Assembly: GCA_043732305.1 (NCBI GenBank)
Contig: JAYTHU010000175.1
Coordinates: forward strand, 1 to 10,279
Length of the DNA: 10,279 nucleotides
Direction: 5' to 3'
Origin: Oligoflexia bacterium
GTDB lineage: Bacteria; Bdellovibrionota; Bdellovibrionia; JABDDW01
Shown here: positions 7,183 through 10,279 of the stretch, piece by piece
How positions within the stretch are numbered: position 1 is the first letter of the stretch
How the letters are laid out: the number at the start of each line of letters is the position of its first letter
Program-made: the position numbers and the translations under genes
The notes under the pieces: model-generated
What the model saw: the letters and a program-made list of their open reading frames with translations, nothing else
The model's database searches: none
What the model was told of the DNA's origin: nothing

Positions 7183-8301
7183 ATGCTTAAGCAAAAGCGG
7201 TTCTACTTGTCTATATCAATTTTAGTTGGCGTTTTGTGTTCTCTCGTCGGCTATCTCGTTCACAGGTGGGCGTTCTATCTTATAATAGTTTCAGTGCTTC
7301 AAATAGCCAACCCGCCGGGGAAGCCAAGTTATTTAGACCGTCTTCCCCAAGAACTGTCTCAAGCTTTTACAAAATCTAACATTTTCAAACCAACCGAAAC
7401 GGCCGTCTGCTCTCTTGATGAACAGATTTTGTATGGGTACCCAAATGGGGTCGACACACAAATCTGTAGCACACGTCATGCTCTCAGTCTGTCTCAAATG
7501 CACTTCAAGGTGAGTAATGTGTCCCAGGTCATTTTGACAGTTAAATATGACGTCTGGGCAATGGCCCCACTCATGATCTTGTCATTTGTCTTTGGCCTGT
7601 TTGTCAGTTTTGTTTTTATCAAAGAGATGGCCGCAATCGTACGGAAAAATCAAGAAAATGAGAATGCAAAAAATCTAAATCAATTGGCTATTCAAGTTGC
7701 ACATGATATTCGGTCACCACTTGGAGCCCTCCATGTTGCCTCGCAAATATTAAAAGTAGGCGATACGGAGGCGTCAAAAAAATTAATCTTTGGAGCAACA
7801 AACAGGATTAGAGAAATTGCAGAAGATCTTTTAACTGGATCGGGGCATGTCGCCGAAAACAAGGAGTTTTTTAAAGTCGTTGCAGCTATCGAAGAAATTG
7901 TTGAAGAAAAAAATCTACTGAATAAAGAGATCAAAATTATAATTTCCCACCTGTCTGACTTTACCCTAAATGCGAGCAAAAGCTATTTCCAGAGAGCGCT
8001 GAGCAATTTTATAAACAATTCTATCGAAGCCAAGAGGCCTGGAGTTCCTCTTGAGGTATTAATAAATGTTGTTGATAATAAAATTTCAATTTCCGATAAC
8101 GGTGTTGGCATCTCAAAAGAAAATTTAGAAAACCTTATGGCAGGAAAAGGCCGGAGTACGAAATCTCAGGGTTACGGAATTGGTTTCGCCGGCTCCATTC
8201 GCCTACTAAAAGAAATGGGATTTAAAATCACTTCCCAAAGTACCATTGGTCAAGGCACCCATATTATTATGGACTACAAAAGTAAGAGCCTAAAAATCTA
8301 A
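7183..8301 (+). CDS. Membrane sensor histidine kinase (HisKA + HATPase_c), no cognate regulator in window
   Basis: H-box QVAHDIRSPL, N-box NFINNSIEA, G1 ISDNGVGI, STKSQGYGIG and GQGT. N-terminal hydrophobic segments flank a short extracytoplasmic loop with two Cys. GGAG RBS at 7169-7172. Confidence 0.95.
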   Translation: MLKQKRFYLSISILVGVLCSLVGYLVHRWAFYLIIVSVLQIANPPGKPSYLDRLPQELSQAFTKSNIFKPTETAVCSLDEQILYGYPNGVDTQICSTRHALSLSQMHFKVSNVSQVILTVKYDVWAMAPLMILSFVFGLFVSFVFIKEMAAIVRKNQENENAKNLNQLAIQVAHDIRSPLGALHVASQILKVGDTEASKKLIFGATNRIREIAEDLLTGSGHVAENKEFFKVVAAIEEIVEEKNLLNKEIKIIISHLSDFTLNASKSYFQRALSNFINNSIEAKRPGVPLEVLINVVDNKISISDNGVGISKENLENLMAGKGRSTKSQGYGIGFAGSIRLLKEMGFKITSQSTIGQGTHIIMDYKSKSLKI

Positions 8302-8626
8302 TATCCTTTACTGTTATCAAGCCAAAATTTTGGTCAGCGTGCCAGTCGTGAGCGGCAAAATATATAGCATCAAAGATTTCACACTAGCTTGATCATCGGG
8401 AAAATAACGAAAAAGAAGAATCTTCTTTCCCCAAAACTGACACAACTTAAAAATCTTAAAAGCAAAAATCTTTGCTCCGTGCCGCAATTTATTTTGACGG
8501 CCAACAAAGTCACTCCCGTTCAAAACGATTCAGATCTTGTTCGCACGGAAATCTCGCGCCTTTAGTCGGCTTTCGAATTGCAAAACGAATCAACTGAAAG
8601 ATCTTAAATTTATTTATGGAGTTTTT

Positions 8627-9451
8627 ATGACAAGGCTATTTTCTGCTGTTGTGGTTTTGATTTTTTCGATTAATGCTCATGGCGGACTTTTTGGTGATGG
8701 AGACCGTCGGAGATGCGATGGCCTCAATGAAGTATACAGTTATCAGACAGCTCGTCTAACAGAGTTGAATCGTGTATCTGCTGCTTTTGCTACGGCGAGA
8801 GAAGCTGATCAAAGAAATGTTCTGAGTCTCACAACTATGCTTTTAACTTATCAAGCACTACATAACCGCCTAAAAAGAGTTGCTGATCTTGTTTTGAATC
8901 AGCAAGGAATGGTAGATCAACTTCAAGTTGTTATTCAAACGATGATGTTTATCGTAGCACAACATCGCCAGAATATCGTCGAATGGAAACAGGCGTTGAT
9001 AGTTATTGACCAAAATCTTCAGAGAACGGGGATACCGCTTGCCCCGCTACAAAAAGATGGGTCACTTTCTGTCCTAGATTTAGTTTCTATTAAGTATAAG
9101 CAGTACGCGGGTCCATCCAAAGAAGATTCAGTTAAAGTTGTAGAACAGCAAAAAATCCTGCATTCGATATACAGCCTCATGACAAACTCTGATTTGGCAC
9201 TTTCCCAAAACTTCACCGTTGAAATCATGCGCGCTGCTCAAGCAGACAATGTTTCCAGTGATCTGAGCAAGGTATTGGCGGATTCTAGTACCTATTTGAT
9301 TCAACAAGAACAAGTCTTAACAGCTCAGCTAACGATCGCCGCCACCATGGCTACGGTTTCCCAGCAAAATTTCGCAGGTATCCAGCCTGAAATCATGAAC
9401 ACAAGAAATATTGTAGAAGCAGTTAACCTCAAACTTTGCATCAGAAGATAA
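8627..9451 (+). CDS. Secreted hypothetical protein, predicted helical/coiled-coil (274 aa)
   Basis: ATG 8627 with GGAG at 8618-8621 gives a signal peptide MTRLFSAVVVLIFSINAHG (preferred over TTG 8537). Gln/Leu/Ala-rich, with only two Cys, one near each mature terminus. Confidence 0.8.
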   Translation: MTRLFSAVVVLIFSINAHGGLFGDGDRRRCDGLNEVYSYQTARLTELNRVSAAFATAREADQRNVLSLTTMLLTYQALHNRLKRVADLVLNQQGMVDQLQVVIQTMMFIVAQHRQNIVEWKQALIVIDQNLQRTGIPLAPLQKDGSLSVLDLVSIKYKQYAGPSKEDSVKVVEQQKILHSIYSLMTNSDLALSQNFTVEIMRAAQADNVSSDLSKVLADSSTYLIQQEQVLTAQLTIAATMATVSQQNFAGIQPEIMNTRNIVEAVNLKLCIRR

Positions 9452-9452
9452 A

Positions 9453-10097
9453 ATGAAAATAATATTCGTGTTGAGCATTCTTATAATATCTTTCGGAATT
9501 CAAGCCGATGCCCAAAATTTAAGTTTCACACCATCCTTGCAGAGCACGGAATTCTTGCTTTCTCAGATTGTAAGTCATGTCATAGATATCAACTCAGAAA
9601 TCAATCAGTCTTATCCAAACCAATCCCTCGAAACGGATGCTAAGGCTTTCGGAAAACACTTAGAAATCTCGGCTCGTAACTATGAAAAATTGAAAGCACT
9701 CTTAAAAATGACAAAGGAAGATGAGTATCACCTCAGAAATCTTGCCGGTTTTACAACTTCTCCCACTCTCCATGTTCGTGCAGAAAAGATTGGGCAACTT
9801 GAATCAAAAATTGAAAAATCTTTGGTTTCTTTTCAAAGATTGAGAGACACGGAAGCAAAAATTTTTACGGATGCAAGTTTGCGATTGAACATTCAAAGTC
9901 GTTTCAATAAAACTATTCAATTGCGCGATCAGTTGTTTTGTAAAACAACTCCTCTTCACTTAAATAATCTTGCGTGTCGGTCTGAATTGAGATTTCAAAC
10001 GGGAATGAAGAATCAGAGGCAATTTTCTCACGATCAGAAAGCCATAAAAGCCGCTTCCGTTGCTCTTGCACATTTCTGCACGGGGTCAAATAAATGA
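9453..10097 (+). CDS. Secreted hypothetical protein (214 aa)
   Basis: Signal peptide MKIIFVLSILIISFGIQADA. Starts 1 nt after the upstream stop. No family recognised. Confidence 0.8.
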   Translation: MKIIFVLSILIISFGIQADAQNLSFTPSLQSTEFLLSQIVSHVIDINSEINQSYPNQSLETDAKAFGKHLEISARNYEKLKALLKMTKEDEYHLRNLAGFTTSPTLHVRAEKIGQLESKIEKSLVSFQRLRDTEAKIFTDASLRLNIQSRFNKTIQLRDQLFCKTTPLHLNNLACRSELRFQTGMKNQRQFSHDQKAIKAASVALAHFCTGSNK

Positions 10098-10237
10098 AAT
10101 CAATAATTTCTATTTGTCTCATTTTTGCCTTGAGCCCTTTACACGCTTTTGCAGTTTCGGGCCAAGTATTTACACCGGATAAGGCAGGCAGGGCACGGCT
10201 AATTCATTCTTTTTGTAATGCGTCGATATTTATCTAG
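10094..10237 (+). CDS. Signal-peptide-bearing short ORF (47 aa) or frameshifted 5' part of a longer secreted-protein gene
   Basis: ATGA overlap with the upstream stop (10094-10097). MKSIISICLIFALSPLHAFA|VSGQVFTPDKAGRARLIHSFCNASIFI, TAG at 10235-10237. Classic AFA cleavage motif. Not in the ORF track. Confidence 0.6.
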   Translation: MKSIISICLIFALSPLHAFAVSGQVFTPDKAGRARLIHSFCNASIFI

Positions 10238-10279
10238 AAAAGAAAATAGTGGACAAATCCTGCGAAATTTTCTATGCTA

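Noticed and set aside
8317..8523. 68-aa - strand ORF in the intergenic gap
   Set aside because: No RBS, signal or recognisable motif; more likely promoter/intergenic DNA.
8537..8626. 30-codon N-terminal extension of the 304-aa ORF
   Set aside because: ATG 8627 has a GGAG RBS and exposes a proper signal peptide.
1..10279. CRISPR array, tRNA/rRNA or structured ncRNA; remaining short nested ORFs (480-686, 2420-2614, 6625-6816, 7692-7979, 9019-9228, 9128-9313, 9913-10122)
   Set aside because: No regularly spaced repeats or RNA gene signatures seen by eye. The short ORFs lie within or largely overlap well-supported genes.

Overview
Bacterial accessory region. The AT-rich sequence, orphan kinase and many small secreted proteins suggest a Bdellovibrionota-like host, but that is inference only. 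It holds two candidate cell-cell signalling modules pointing towards each other and separated by an intact IS256-family element (3253-4615, imperfect terminal inverted repeats, 8-bp target duplication GATTTTTA). Module 1 (+ strand): a PhcB-like SAM-dependent methyltransferase with a PilZ-like N-terminus, followed 3 nt later by a multi-TM class III adenylate cyclase with a C-terminal Zn-ribbon-like motif. Module 2 (- strand): an unannotated 47-aa signal-peptide-bearing ORF ending ...GTRCNG (6988-7131, missing from the ORF track), an orphan OppA/DppA-type binding protein and a minimal stand-alone YcaO enzyme. This operon sits back-to-back with an orphan sensor histidine kinase. Module 2 is the best candidate for an undescribed system: a YcaO-modified, Sec-exported peptide signal (RiPP autoinducer) with a binding-protein/kinase receptor. 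The window ends in an operon of three signal-peptide-bearing hypothetical proteins, the last short or frameshifted.
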